Origin: a virus | Taxonomy: Duplodnaviria > Caudoviricetes | DNA: 64,000 nt | Strand: one strand, 5' to 3' | IMG/VR virus record: IMGVR_UViG_3300021255_002539 | Coordinates: 96,001-160,000 of that record | Shown: positions 22,367 to 32,116 of the stretch, piece by piece | How the letters are laid out: each line of letters begins with the position of its first letter | Position numbering within the stretch: the first letter of the stretch is position 1 | Position numbers and translations under genes: made by a program | Notes under the pieces: model-generated | Database searches by the model: none | Told to the model about the DNA's origin: nothing | What the model saw: the letters and a program-made list of their open reading frames with translations, nothing else

Positions 22367-24580
22367 TCAAATCTCAACTGCAGTGTGCTTTACTCTGTCC
22401 TCGGTCTCCCTTTGCTTTCCATAGTTGAATGCTGTCTTGTAGTTTCCGGTCAGATAGCCCGTCACACGTCGAAGACGTTGAATGTTAGAAGAGCCACACT
22501 GAGGGCACTTCTCCCCAATCTCGTCCATATAGCCACAATCGTTGCATATGTCGTTCGGCACATTCACTGCGAAGTACGGAATGTCCTTGTCCATCGCGTA
22601 GTTTACCAGTTCCTCGATTGCCTGCACATTGTTCTTCGCAGAACCATCGAGTTCAACATATGTAATACAGCCTGCCGAGCTGTATCCAGTCAACTGGCTT
22701 TCAAGGTCAATCTTCTCGAATGGGGTCATCTTCTCCCACACAGGAATGTGCATGGAGTTCGTGAAGTAGTCGTGGTCAGAGACGTGCTCAATCACCCCAT
22801 ACTTCGCCTTGAACTTCTTCATCGCAGTATAGCACAGATTCTCTGCAGGGGTGTAGTACACGCCGAAGTTCAACTTGTATTCCTGCTTGAACTCAGCGCA
22901 CCTGTCCTTGAACAATTGCTCAATGCGCTTTGCCAATTCCATGCCCTTCTTCGTGGCGTGGTTGCATCCAATGAGGATGTGAAGGGTTTCTGCAAGTCCA
23001 AGCTGCCCAATTGCCAAAGTGCCATGCTTCAACGCGGACTTGATGCCCTCCTCAGGCTTGTAGCCATACATCGTGCCATTCTCGTACATGAACTTGGCAG
23101 ATGCTGCTGGCTGAGAGCTTATCCAATCGAACCTTTCAAGCAAGGAATCCTTGGCTTCGTGAATCTTCTTGTCAAGCAACTTCATGAACTCCTCAACCAA
23201 GTCGGTTCCAGCCTTCTCTGCCTTCTTCTTCGCTTGCATAGCAAGAACGGGCATTATTAAAGTCACGGGACATATGTTGCCCCTTCCATCCTTGAGATGC
23301 TTAAGCTTTGGATCATCGGCATTGATATCCCACGAAGAAAACGTTCTGCAGCCCATCGTGCTTGGATATGTGCAGGGATTGTCCTTGTCATAACCAATGT
23401 CATTGGTCCAATCACAGTTACAAAAATTCGGATACAGCCTCAATGCGGTGGATTTGCAAGCCAGCTTGAACAAGTCGTAGTTGGGGTCTCCCTTCTTTCG
23501 GTTCACGCCCTTCATGCACTGAAAGATGCCACATGGGAAGATGCTCGTCTTGTGGAACTTGCCAATGCCCTTGATGGAACCCTCAAGCAACGCCTTTGTC
23601 ACCATCCTGCCCTCTGGGAGTGTGCAGGTACCATAGTTGATCGAAGTGAACGGCAATTGGTTTCCACTGCGCGACTGAAGTGTATTGAGGTTGTGATACA
23701 TTCCCTCCACTGCCTGGTTAAGCTCCTCAATTGTCTTGTCCATTGCGTACTTGTATGCATCGGAATCCTTTGCATAGAAATCATCGTCTATTGACAGCTC
23801 ACGAATTTCCTTCTTGCTCTTGACAACCGATTCTGGACATTTATCAATGTAAAAGGCACCGTCCCAATAATGCTTGAAGAAGCTGAGACGAACATATGGA
23901 ACCATAGTCCAATCAAGATGCGTCGCTGCAACTCCTCCAAACTGTTGTAGACTTTGGAGTTGGAATATCACGGCGACCAACTGAAACGCGGTGTTGAGTG
24001 AACCAGCCGGTCTTACATCACCCTGCCTCGTGTTGAATCCATCGGCAAGCAACTTGTCGAATGGAATCGACAAACAGTTGTGGGATCCTACTGCATAGGA
24101 ATCCAGGTCGTGTATGTAGATTTCGTTGTTGTTGTGGTTGTGGCGGGTCTTCTTGCCCACCAGATGCTCAAGCGCATATCCCTTCGTCACGAAGCTCGCA
24201 GTCTCGCCCATTCTTCCACCAAAGGAGTACTCGTCCACATTGGCATTCTGATTCTGAACATTGCTTGCCGTCAACTTCTCTGTGAGGAACTTGGTGTTTC
24301 TGACGCGCTCCTTCTCGTATCTATATGTGATGTACTTCTTCGCCACCTCGTAGCCAGAAGCCTCCATCAGCTTCTTCTCTATGACATCCTCCAATATGTC
24401 GATGTCTATGGGTTCCTCCAGTGTCTCGCAGAACGCCACAACCGAATCTGTTATCCTCTTCAGTTGCTTGGATGTCAGCTTCTCGTCTGACTTCACATTG
24501 TCGTTTGCCTTGATTATCGAGTTCAATATCTTCTTTGGCTCCAGGTCCTCCACCTTGCCATCTCTTTTAATAACTGTCAT
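22367..24580 (-). CDS. nrdD: Anaerobic (class III) ribonucleoside-triphosphate reductase
   Basis: N-terminal ATP cone (VIKRDG), IYIHDLD, HNC, MGCR, TPAENLC, YFTNS, CxxC..CxxC, RRVTGYL glycyl-radical motif. Confidence 0.97.
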   Translation of the reverse strand: MTVIKRDGKVEDLEPKKILNSIIKANDNVKSDEKLTSKQLKRITDSVVAFCETLEEPIDIDILEDVIEKKLMEASGYEVAKKYITYRYEKERVRNTKFLTEKLTASNVQNQNANVDEYSFGGRMGETASFVTKGYALEHLVGKKTRHNHNNNEIYIHDLDSYAVGSHNCLSIPFDKLLADGFNTRQGDVRPAGSLNTAFQLVAVIFQLQSLQQFGGVAATHLDWTMVPYVRLSFFKHYWDGAFYIDKCPESVVKSKKEIRELSIDDDFYAKDSDAYKYAMDKTIEELNQAVEGMYHNLNTLQSRSGNQLPFTSINYGTCTLPEGRMVTKALLEGSIKGIGKFHKTSIFPCGIFQCMKGVNRKKGDPNYDLFKLACKSTALRLYPNFCNCDWTNDIGYDKDNPCTYPSTMGCRTFSSWDINADDPKLKHLKDGRGNICPVTLIMPVLAMQAKKKAEKAGTDLVEEFMKLLDKKIHEAKDSLLERFDWISSQPAASAKFMYENGTMYGYKPEEGIKSALKHGTLAIGQLGLAETLHILIGCNHATKKGMELAKRIEQLFKDRCAEFKQEYKLNFGVYYTPAENLCYTAMKKFKAKYGVIEHVSDHDYFTNSMHIPVWEKMTPFEKIDLESQLTGYSSAGCITYVELDGSAKNNVQAIEELVNYAMDKDIPYFAVNVPNDICNDCGYMDEIGEKCPQCGSSNIQRLRRVTGYLTGNYKTAFNYGKQRETEDRVKHTAVEI

Positions 24581-24640
24581 GTCTTGTGTTCCTCTTCTTG
24601 AATTGACAAGTAGTATTTACATTATCCAATTATACCAACA

Positions 24641-24683
24641 AAAGGCAAATTCGGACACCCATTCAAGGATGCCCGAATTCCTG
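24641..24683 (-). terminator. Probable terminator after ardA
   Basis: AATTCGGGCATCC...GGGTGTCCGAATT stem, then GCCTTTT. Confidence 0.55.
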
Positions 24684-24704
24684 ATTGCTTGTGTCGGTTG
24701 CCCA

Positions 24705-25757
24705 TCAAAGATGCCTGAACACGAAACCATCTTCCTCGAAGTAGTCGGTCATGAGCAAGTCCCGACCGAACGCCTCGTAGTCGAAGTAGTTCCTCGCAGT
24801 GTCTGCTCCAAGCTGGTCAACGCCACCAATGCTGTCGATGTAGTCCCTGGCAACCTGATCGTCAGACTCGTACTCGCCCATGTCGTATCCATCGTTGTCG
24901 TAGTAGTGGTCGGGATCCTCTGGGTTGCCCTCGGAGTCCTCGTTGTCCTCTTCTCCCATGTGGAAGTCGAACATCAAGTCCCTTCCGAAGGAGTCGTAGT
25001 CGAAGTACATGTCCAAGTTGTCAGAGCCGATTCCATCCCAACCGAGGTCGTCTATGATGTTGTACGCAAAGTCAGATGCTGAATCGAATTGCCCTTGATA
25101 CGCCTCGTGGAAGTCGTCGATGTCGTCGTCGTCAGTGTAGTTTACATACGCCTCGTAAGCAGCCTTCTCGGTATCGTCCATCAAGTAGTAGTCGGTTATC
25201 TTGTTGAACTCCTCCTCGGTTGGCAATCCACCCTCGTGATACCACTTCTCTGGGAAGTTCTCGTAGTCCTGAACCATGAACTCTGGATCCTTCTCGTCCT
25301 TGTGGAGTTCACGGCAGGCATCCACGAAATCCTCGTAGTTGCTGTAGTCAGTGAGGTCAATCCACTTGCCATCAATCGAACCATCGTTGTACTTGGCGTA
25401 GGTTCCGACATAGATTCTGGGGTGGTCTGAGCCGCCACCGTCTTCAGACTCGTTTTGCCTCTTGCCATCTGGCGTCCTGCCAATCTCCCATGTCGCTTGG
25501 TCAAGGGACTTGAAGTTGGGATTTGACTTGTCAGTTTCAACTTCATTCACAATGCCACCTTTTTGGTTCAAGTCGCCATAGAACTGGCCCAACCTATCGC
25601 GCCACTTCTTTGCAACAAGGAACTTCGCGTCGCTCGTCTTCGAGTTAATTCCTGCGGCGACCAACGAATACAGTTCGTCCAGTTCCTCCTTGCCATTGAT
25701 GTCCAACGAAAACTTGGGTTCGTTGTCGGCTTCCTTTACAATCTTCTTGAATTTCAT
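24705..25757 (-). CDS. ardA: Antirestriction protein ArdA (DNA mimic) with a ~100-aa N-terminal extension
   Basis: PRIYVGTYAKYNDGSIDGKWIDL, DPEFMVQDYENFP, YQGQFDS, two YFDY.xFGRDL motifs; strongly acidic. Confidence 0.9.
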   Translation of the reverse strand: MKFKKIVKEADNEPKFSLDINGKEELDELYSLVAAGINSKTSDAKFLVAKKWRDRLGQFYGDLNQKGGIVNEVETDKSNPNFKSLDQATWEIGRTPDGKRQNESEDGGGSDHPRIYVGTYAKYNDGSIDGKWIDLTDYSNYEDFVDACRELHKDEKDPEFMVQDYENFPEKWYHEGGLPTEEEFNKITDYYLMDDTEKAAYEAYVNYTDDDDIDDFHEAYQGQFDSASDFAYNIIDDLGWDGIGSDNLDMYFDYDSFGRDLMFDFHMGEEDNEDSEGNPEDPDHYYDNDGYDMGEYESDDQVARDYIDSIGGVDQLGADTARNYFDYEAFGRDLLMTDYFEEDGFVFRHL

Positions 25758-25808
25758 GTTTTGTAGTCCTCTTAAAACCATTGGTTCAAGAGTATTTACA
25801 AAAACACA

Positions 25809-26258
25809 TCACTTTTGCTGGTTCTGATCCTGCTCCATGTTGGAGAGCATCGTGTGGACGAACTGCCCATAGTCCAGATACCGTATCTTGGTTCCGGCCT
25901 TCACCTGGTCGAACAGATTCAAGTCCCTCACATTGTTCAACTTCATCAGGAACCAGGCAAGTCTGGTCGATCCATACACCTTCCAGGAAACAGAGGGCCA
26001 GTGCATGTCAGTTGGGCAGACATACCATTTGCACACCTCGTCTGGGATGTCAACCAAATAGAATGTGGAGTTGAGGTTGTATTGCCATCGGCCTTCCTCG
26101 TCTATGAAGAGGGAGAACATCTTGTCGAGGTCGAAGAAGTCTGGCTGGGTGTCGGAGACTGAATGAACATAGTCCCGAATGTCGTCTGCGAAGACGCCAT
26201 CCATCGTATAGGGCTTTCCAACGACCCTTGTGTTCCTCAATCCACGTTTCTCTGCCAT
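25809..26258 (-). CDS. Baseplate wedge protein, gp53-like (LysM-like)
   Basis: SWKVYGSTRLAWFLMKLNNV..PG/AG-xxI pattern typical of T4 gp53 homologues. Confidence 0.6.
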   Translation of the reverse strand: MAEKRGLRNTRVVGKPYTMDGVFADDIRDYVHSVSDTQPDFFDLDKMFSLFIDEEGRWQYNLNSTFYLVDIPDEVCKWYVCPTDMHWPSVSWKVYGSTRLAWFLMKLNNVRDLNLFDQVKAGTKIRYLDYGQFVHTMLSNMEQDQNQQK

Positions 26259-26773
26259 CAGTTGCCGAACTCCATTTCAACGACCTTTCCAGTCTTGCGC
26301 CACTCGTCGACCTTGATGATTCTCTGGTTGGTGCTTCCCCTGAATGGCGTGGACAAGTCACGCTTCTCCAATACAAATGGTCCATCCACAAGCACATCGA
26401 TGTAGTCCAGAATTGGGGACATCTCTGTGTCTTTCGCAATTTCCTCAAATGTGTATCCTGACCAGCACCACACAGATTTGTCAGGAAACCGCTCCTTGAC
26501 TTCCTTGCACAGTGCTATCATGACCTTGCGATTGTCAGAGCATTTGGACAGTGGCTCCCCACCCATCAGTGACAGACCCGAGCAATGAGGGTCTTCAAGT
26601 TCCTTGAATATCTTTTCCTTTACCTCGTCTGTGAATGACTGCCCAAAGTTGGGGTCTTGAGCCTCGGGGTTGAAGCACCCTGGACATTTCCTCATGCAGC
26701 CCGTGCACCAGAGTGTGCATCTAAATCCAATTCCATTTGCGATGTCAGCCTTTCTCAATGCAGAATAGTTCAT
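26258..26773 (-). CDS. nrdG: Anaerobic RNR activating enzyme (radical SAM)
   Basis: DIANGIG, CMRKCPGCFN, GGEP, DVLVDGPF, FRGSTNQR. Confidence 0.95.
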   Translation of the reverse strand: MNYSALRKADIANGIGFRCTLWCTGCMRKCPGCFNPEAQDPNFGQSFTDEVKEKIFKELEDPHCSGLSLMGGEPLSKCSDNRKVMIALCKEVKERFPDKSVWCWSGYTFEEIAKDTEMSPILDYIDVLVDGPFVLEKRDLSTPFRGSTNQRIIKVDEWRKTGKVVEMEFGN

Positions 26774-26948
26774 GTTGTTCTCTCACCTTTGAAACTCTAT
26801 TATATTTACACCACAAGCAACTCGCTTTGCCACATTCAATTCTACATCAAATGGGCTTTAATATATACCATTTCTAGGGTCGAAGTTGAACCCCAGAAAC
26901 TTGCCCCAAATTGTTGAGATAACTCAACGGTTTTGGCATATACTGCCA

Positions 26949-28616
26949 TCAAAAGTCAACATTCACCTTTACTTCACCGTTTTCAAAAGCCTTGTTGTTA
27001 TCAATGGGTTTTTCGTCCTCTGAGCCAGCAGATACTGAAGTCGTTGGTAGGTAGCGGTAGTAGACCATCAATTGAAGGGCAACCAGGCATGTATCCATAT
27101 AGGGTCTTGTCGAGTGGGCATCCTTGTTCTCGTAGTAGCCCTGCTTGTGGGGCTTGCCATTGGAATCCAGAACTGGATCGGGGACATCTATGATTGACTG
27201 TGGATATAGCTTCTTCATCGCGGTGTTCCACTTCACCCAGATTTCCTCGTCCTGCTTGAGCGCACCCGGCTTCATGCCAGCCTGGTACTTGCACTGGGTG
27301 GCGTAGTAGCAGTAGTACTGAGGGCTTGAACCTGGCTTGTTCTTCGCAGAAATCTGGTCTGGGTTGAACTCGGGCTTCCAGTCCTCCATGACATCCAATG
27401 CATTTCTGACCTCTGGCTCCCCACCCCTGCCAAGAAACTGCATTGCCAGTGCGCCAACTCCTGCGAGACCCGTGTTTCCACCATTGTTGTTGGGTGTTGG
27501 CGTGTAGGTGAATCCAGAGGATTTCGAGTAACTGCGCCTCTTGAGACAATTGATGGCCTTGTTGATTGCCTGGTCCAGTCCCTCTGGATGGAGGCCAGCC
27601 ATCTTGCCTGCCTTGAGTGCCTGAATCGCCCAACCAGCATACGACAAGTCGTCTCTCGTGGAATTCTTGTTCAACTTGTAGTCCCAACCACCAGTAGAGG
27701 ATTGGTTCTCCACGATGCGGTAGAGGCAAGTCATCGCAGCATCCTTGCAGTTCGGGTTTCTCGTCATGCCATATGCCTCGCAAAGCGCGTATGTCGCCAA
27801 CAGGAAACTGTACTCGTTGCCATCGGTTCCGTTGAAGTGTGGGACATTGGAAGCATCCACATTCAATGCGCCGATGATGTAGTCCAAAGCAGACATGACC
27901 ACAGGACCGAACTCCCTGCCATATTTGGATTCTGAACCTGGGTACTCTCCATGCGCAAGGTATGTCAAGATGGCCAGTGCAGTGTTGGCAACCTTGTTCG
28001 CGTTCCCCCAGCTGCCATCTGTGTTCTGATGCGCCTTGAGCCACCATAGGACCTTCATCACGGTCGCCTCTGTGCTGGGATCTCCATGGCCAGGTACGCC
28101 ACCCTTCGTCATGCCACCAATCATCCCAGGGTTTCTGCCACCAGTAACACACCTCAACCTCACTGGGGAGTTTATCATCGAGACGGAATCAGAATCTGCT
28201 GGACGAATGGATGTCTGGGTAGAAGGTTGGGAAATTGGTGCAGGGTCAACAATGTCTACATCCACTGTTGGGGCATCCACCTCGAATTCGGGCGTCTCGT
28301 CGCTCGTTGGTTGTTCTGCATCTGGTGGAATTGGGGGTTCCTCAAATTCCTGCTCTGTCTTATCCTCGACATCTGGGATATCAACGATGGGGAACTCAAA
28401 CACATCCTGCCTGGCCACGGCAGTGACAACGCACAACACAACGGCAACCAAAGATGGTATCAATACAGCAACGAGGGGTGCAGACATCCTCTGAAGCTCA
28501 AGCCTCGCCAACTTGTACTCAGGCGTCCATTTGGGCTTCCTCAGACCCACAATCATGTCAACCACCCTCCTGAAAAGGGATTTGTCCTTGTATTTGTCTT
28601 CTGTGTTGTTTTCCAT
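26949..28616 (-). CDS. Membrane-anchored prenyltransferase/squalene-oxidase-repeat (alpha/alpha toroid) protein
   Basis: Transmembrane helix, acidic Pro-rich linker, QW-type repeats LKAHQNTDGSW and NQSSTGGWDY, ATYALCEAYGMT, WAIQALKA. Confidence 0.75.
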   Translation of the reverse strand: MENNTEDKYKDKSLFRRVVDMIVGLRKPKWTPEYKLARLELQRMSAPLVAVLIPSLVAVVLCVVTAVARQDVFEFPIVDIPDVEDKTEQEFEEPPIPPDAEQPTSDETPEFEVDAPTVDVDIVDPAPISQPSTQTSIRPADSDSVSMINSPVRLRCVTGGRNPGMIGGMTKGGVPGHGDPSTEATVMKVLWWLKAHQNTDGSWGNANKVANTALAILTYLAHGEYPGSESKYGREFGPVVMSALDYIIGALNVDASNVPHFNGTDGNEYSFLLATYALCEAYGMTRNPNCKDAAMTCLYRIVENQSSTGGWDYKLNKNSTRDDLSYAGWAIQALKAGKMAGLHPEGLDQAINKAINCLKRRSYSKSSGFTYTPTPNNNGGNTGLAGVGALAMQFLGRGGEPEVRNALDVMEDWKPEFNPDQISAKNKPGSSPQYYCYYATQCKYQAGMKPGALKQDEEIWVKWNTAMKKLYPQSIIDVPDPVLDSNGKPHKQGYYENKDAHSTRPYMDTCLVALQLMVYYRYLPTTSVSAGSEDEKPIDNNKAFENGEVKVNVDF

Positions 28617-28650
28617 ATGCATTCTCCTCGTATAATTTATATTACCACAA

Positions 28651-29793
28651 ATGGACAAGGAATTCCACAACTTTTTTCGACTTTCCACGAGTCAATAGGA
28701 TATTGAGGCAAATCTCCAGAGAATTCGGGAGATCAACCCCAAACTCTACCTTGAATTGCGCCTAAACCAGGGAAGGATTGGCAACATTCAAACCACCAAG
28801 GCGATTTCGGACATTCTTGAAACGAACCCCAATGTGGAGTTCAGACTGGATTGTCCAAATGTAACCGAGGTCGAGGTTGCCGACCACTTGAATGGAGGTC
28901 TGAATGGCTACGACAACTCCCCCTTGTTCGCCCTCAACGCAATCTACCAACAGACCCAATATGTTGATGTGGCTTTGGTGCAGTGCTTCTTTGGACAAGA
29001 CAAACTTCAGGAGCAGGCAATAGAACTGGCGTTGCAGTTCATGTCCATGTCAAACCCAAGACCCAGGGAATGGGTGTTCGTGGAGGCGCAAAGAAGCGAA
29101 ATGGACGCGAAGTTCAAGTGGGTTGTTGGGATTGGATGCAAGTATGTGTTCGTGAGGATTGAGAACGACAAGCAAGACTACTTCATCAAGGAACAGCTGT
29201 GGAACATCGGAGCGAAGAACACTAAGTCAGACAACCTTGTGTTCGTGGATGGGGATGTGGCATATTGCCAAATGGACTGGCTCAAGCATGTAAAAGGGAC
29301 ATTCGACGAGGGTGTTGAGTTGTTCCAGCCACATGCCTGGTCGTGGAGGGCAAGTGAACTAGATGGGACAAAGGAATTTGGCGCAAATAGTCTAAACCTA
29401 ATTGAGTCATTTGGTCACGCGAGAAAACTAAACAAGTCTTCCTACAACGCATTCAACGGACACACAGGATACGACATTGCGATTTCAAGGCGACACTACA
29501 AGAAACTTGGTGGCTTCTATTCAACTGCTGGAACTGGAGGAGACTTCTTCAACTGGTGTCTACTTGCCCAAGGAAACTACCTCAGAGGAAATCAATTTGA
29601 GCAACGACTTGCAGAGATACTATCTGGGTGCAACATACCAGTTGTTCAAATAGGGAGTTCAGACATGATATGCTTCCACAACTACCACGGAAGCGCAAAT
29701 GACAGAGCTAGGAAGTACGGCAGCGATCTCAACGGCAAAATCCTCGTGGCAAACAACTTTGGCATGAGCAAAATAGCGGAGGTTGGTGAATGA
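28651..29793 (+). CDS. GT-A fold glycosyltransferase-like protein (one in-frame TAG near the start)
   Basis: ATG at 28651 in frame through TAG at 28696; KEQLWNIGA, LVFVDGDV, GGD, HNYHG; paralogous to 32117-33688. Confidence 0.65.
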
Positions 29794-30680
29794 ACATATG
29801 CTACATAACAGACAATGGCTATGTCCAGCACACCCTCGTGAGCATGGCGTCCCTCAAGGCAAGCAAGTACCCCACATCAGAATACAGAGTGTTCGTGGTG
29901 TGCGACAAGGTTGACCAAGACAAGAAGGACATGTTCAGGAAATTCTCAGGGAAGGGGTTTGAAGTCGAGATTGTGGATGTAGAAAACCAAGACTTCCAGA
30001 AAAAGGAATATGAAATAGGGAAATACATTTCCGCCTCGACATACATCAGACTTCGACTTCCGAGCATATTGAAGGGGATTGACCGTGTCCTCTACATGGA
30101 TGGGGATGTAATAGTTCAGGATGACCTGACAGAGTTGTTCAACATCGACATGGGCGACAACTTCACAATAGCAGGATCTCTGGACTATGGCACATGCATA
30201 TCGTCGTTGACTTGGAACAAGGTTGACTACATCAGAAAAACACTCCCAGGATACGAGAAAACATATTTGAACGCTGGTGTTTTGGTGATGGAACTTGATA
30301 AATTGCGCAAGAGCAAATTCGAGGAGAGGTGCAAGAAACTCTACGACACCCGAAAGGATTTCATCTACGCAGACCAGGACATCATAAACTTCGCCGAGCA
30401 AAAGAACATAAAGGTGTTTCCGATATACTGGAACTGCCCAATACTGGCATTCCACATCAACTACGCCAACCAAAGCCCCGAACTCATACAGGAGATGATT
30501 GAAAGGACATACCACATAGGATATGACAACCTGATGGACATCGTGTACAAGTCCAGGATAATCCACATCAATGGGGACAAGAAGTACATACACGAGATAC
30601 CATACTTGGGCGCGTTGTACCAAAGGTACTTCAGGATGTCATGTGAATATATAATTGGAAATGCAGGAGAATAGACATGA
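29790..30680 (+). CDS. Glycosyltransferase family 8
   Basis: ICYITDNGY, TYIRL, RVLYMDGDVIV, YLNAGVL, DQDIIN; read-through of TAG at 30672 gives an ATGA overlap with the next gene. Confidence 0.9.
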
Positions 30681-31384
30681 AAAAAGTGATATTGTTCATA
30701 TGGTTCGGAGACGAAAAACCACCATACATACAGTGGACATTGGAGAACTTCAGAAGGATGAACCCAGGTTGGGAGATTAGATACATAGAATATTCAACTC
30801 AACAAATACTCGACTACAAAAATTCAAACGATGAAGCATTGTTCAATGTAATGTCCAAAAACAAAATGTTTGGACATTTATGTTATATGTCAAACGAATA
30901 TCGCTACGAATATCTCAATTTGAAAAAAGACGAGTTCATCATATATTGTGATTTAGATTGCTTTCCAATAGCTCCATTCGACAACTTCATAATGCCAAAT
31001 GACGACAACCTTCCAAAATGGGCGACAGAAATCTTTTGTCCAAACCAGCACATTTGGTCCAATGCTCTTGGAACATGTGGTTTTGTCATTGAAGGACATT
31101 ACTTGTTCAAGAAAGACATATGGTGTCTATGTAATAACAAGGCACTTGCGTTTAGACAATTCCTGCAAATATGCAAACATTCCACATTAGACGAAAATCT
31201 CATATTGTATAATGGTTTTTTGCTAAACAAATCCTGTTTGCCGATGTACGAGCAACGACTCAACAACTTCCACAACATGAATTTGACCCTTGGGGACAAT
31301 TTCTGCCTTCCGCAATTCACACCAATCGAACACTACTATTCTCGAGAACGCAACAAGTTGAACATAGGCACAATAACAAAATGA
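30677..31384 (+). CDS. GT32/capsular polysaccharide synthesis-like DXD glycosyltransferase
   Basis: FIWFG, NPGWEI, SNEYRY, IYCDLD. Confidence 0.75.
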   Translation: MKKVILFIWFGDEKPPYIQWTLENFRRMNPGWEIRYIEYSTQQILDYKNSNDEALFNVMSKNKMFGHLCYMSNEYRYEYLNLKKDEFIIYCDLDCFPIAPFDNFIMPNDDNLPKWATEIFCPNQHIWSNALGTCGFVIEGHYLFKKDIWCLCNNKALAFRQFLQICKHSTLDENLILYNGFLLNKSCLPMYEQRLNNFHNMNLTLGDNFCLPQFTPIEHYYSRERNKLNIGTITK

Positions 31385-32115
31385 CTATAACAGACACATT
31401 TTGGGGACGCATTGGAAACACATGCTTGTAGATTTACAAGCTGTTTCTATTTGCACATCTTCGTGAAATTCCATATGATTTCATCAAGATACCACAAAGC
31501 AAGTACAATCCATTGTTCGAGAACATAGGAACACACTTCGTTCAAGACAATGAATTGAACAAGATAGAATACACAATTGAGCTTGAGGACTTCATTGACC
31601 TATAGTCTGTTGAATTTTCCGAACATGACAACATAAGGTTCAAGAAGTGGAATTGGCTATATCCCAACACTATAGACGAACTTCGCTTGTTCAACTAGAT
31701 ATTCGATGCAAAGACATTGCACGACGATATAATTGAGAAGTATGGGCATGTATTTGACAAGCCAACCATTGGACTCACTGTGAGACGAGGAGACTTCATT
31801 GAATTGAAGATACCAATCCTAAGTGAATGTCAATTGAGAAAATTGGTAAACAAGATCATTTCTGATAGACATGGATTCGTAAAAATTGTCTTGAGCAGCG
31901 ACAACATTCCATGGTGCAAAGACGCTCTTCAGGACTGCAAAGATGTGTTCTTCGTGGATGATGCGCCAGAGAACTAGATAATGCTTCTCTCATTTTGCGA
32001 CTATGTTTTGAACAATGGTGCATACTATAGGTCAGTTGACAAAATATGCAGAGGATACGAAAGCACATTTGGACAAATAGCACAATGTCTATGTGCTTCT
32101 AGGCACTTTATGTAA
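31381..32115 (+). CDS. Glycosyltransferase family 11 (alpha-1,2-fucosyltransferase-like), 4 in-frame TAG
   Basis: GRIGNTCL(TAG)IY matches G.LGNQMFQY; TVRRGDF; SSDNIPWCK; STF; ATGA overlap with the upstream gene; ends TAA. Confidence 0.8.
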
Positions 32116-32116
32116 G

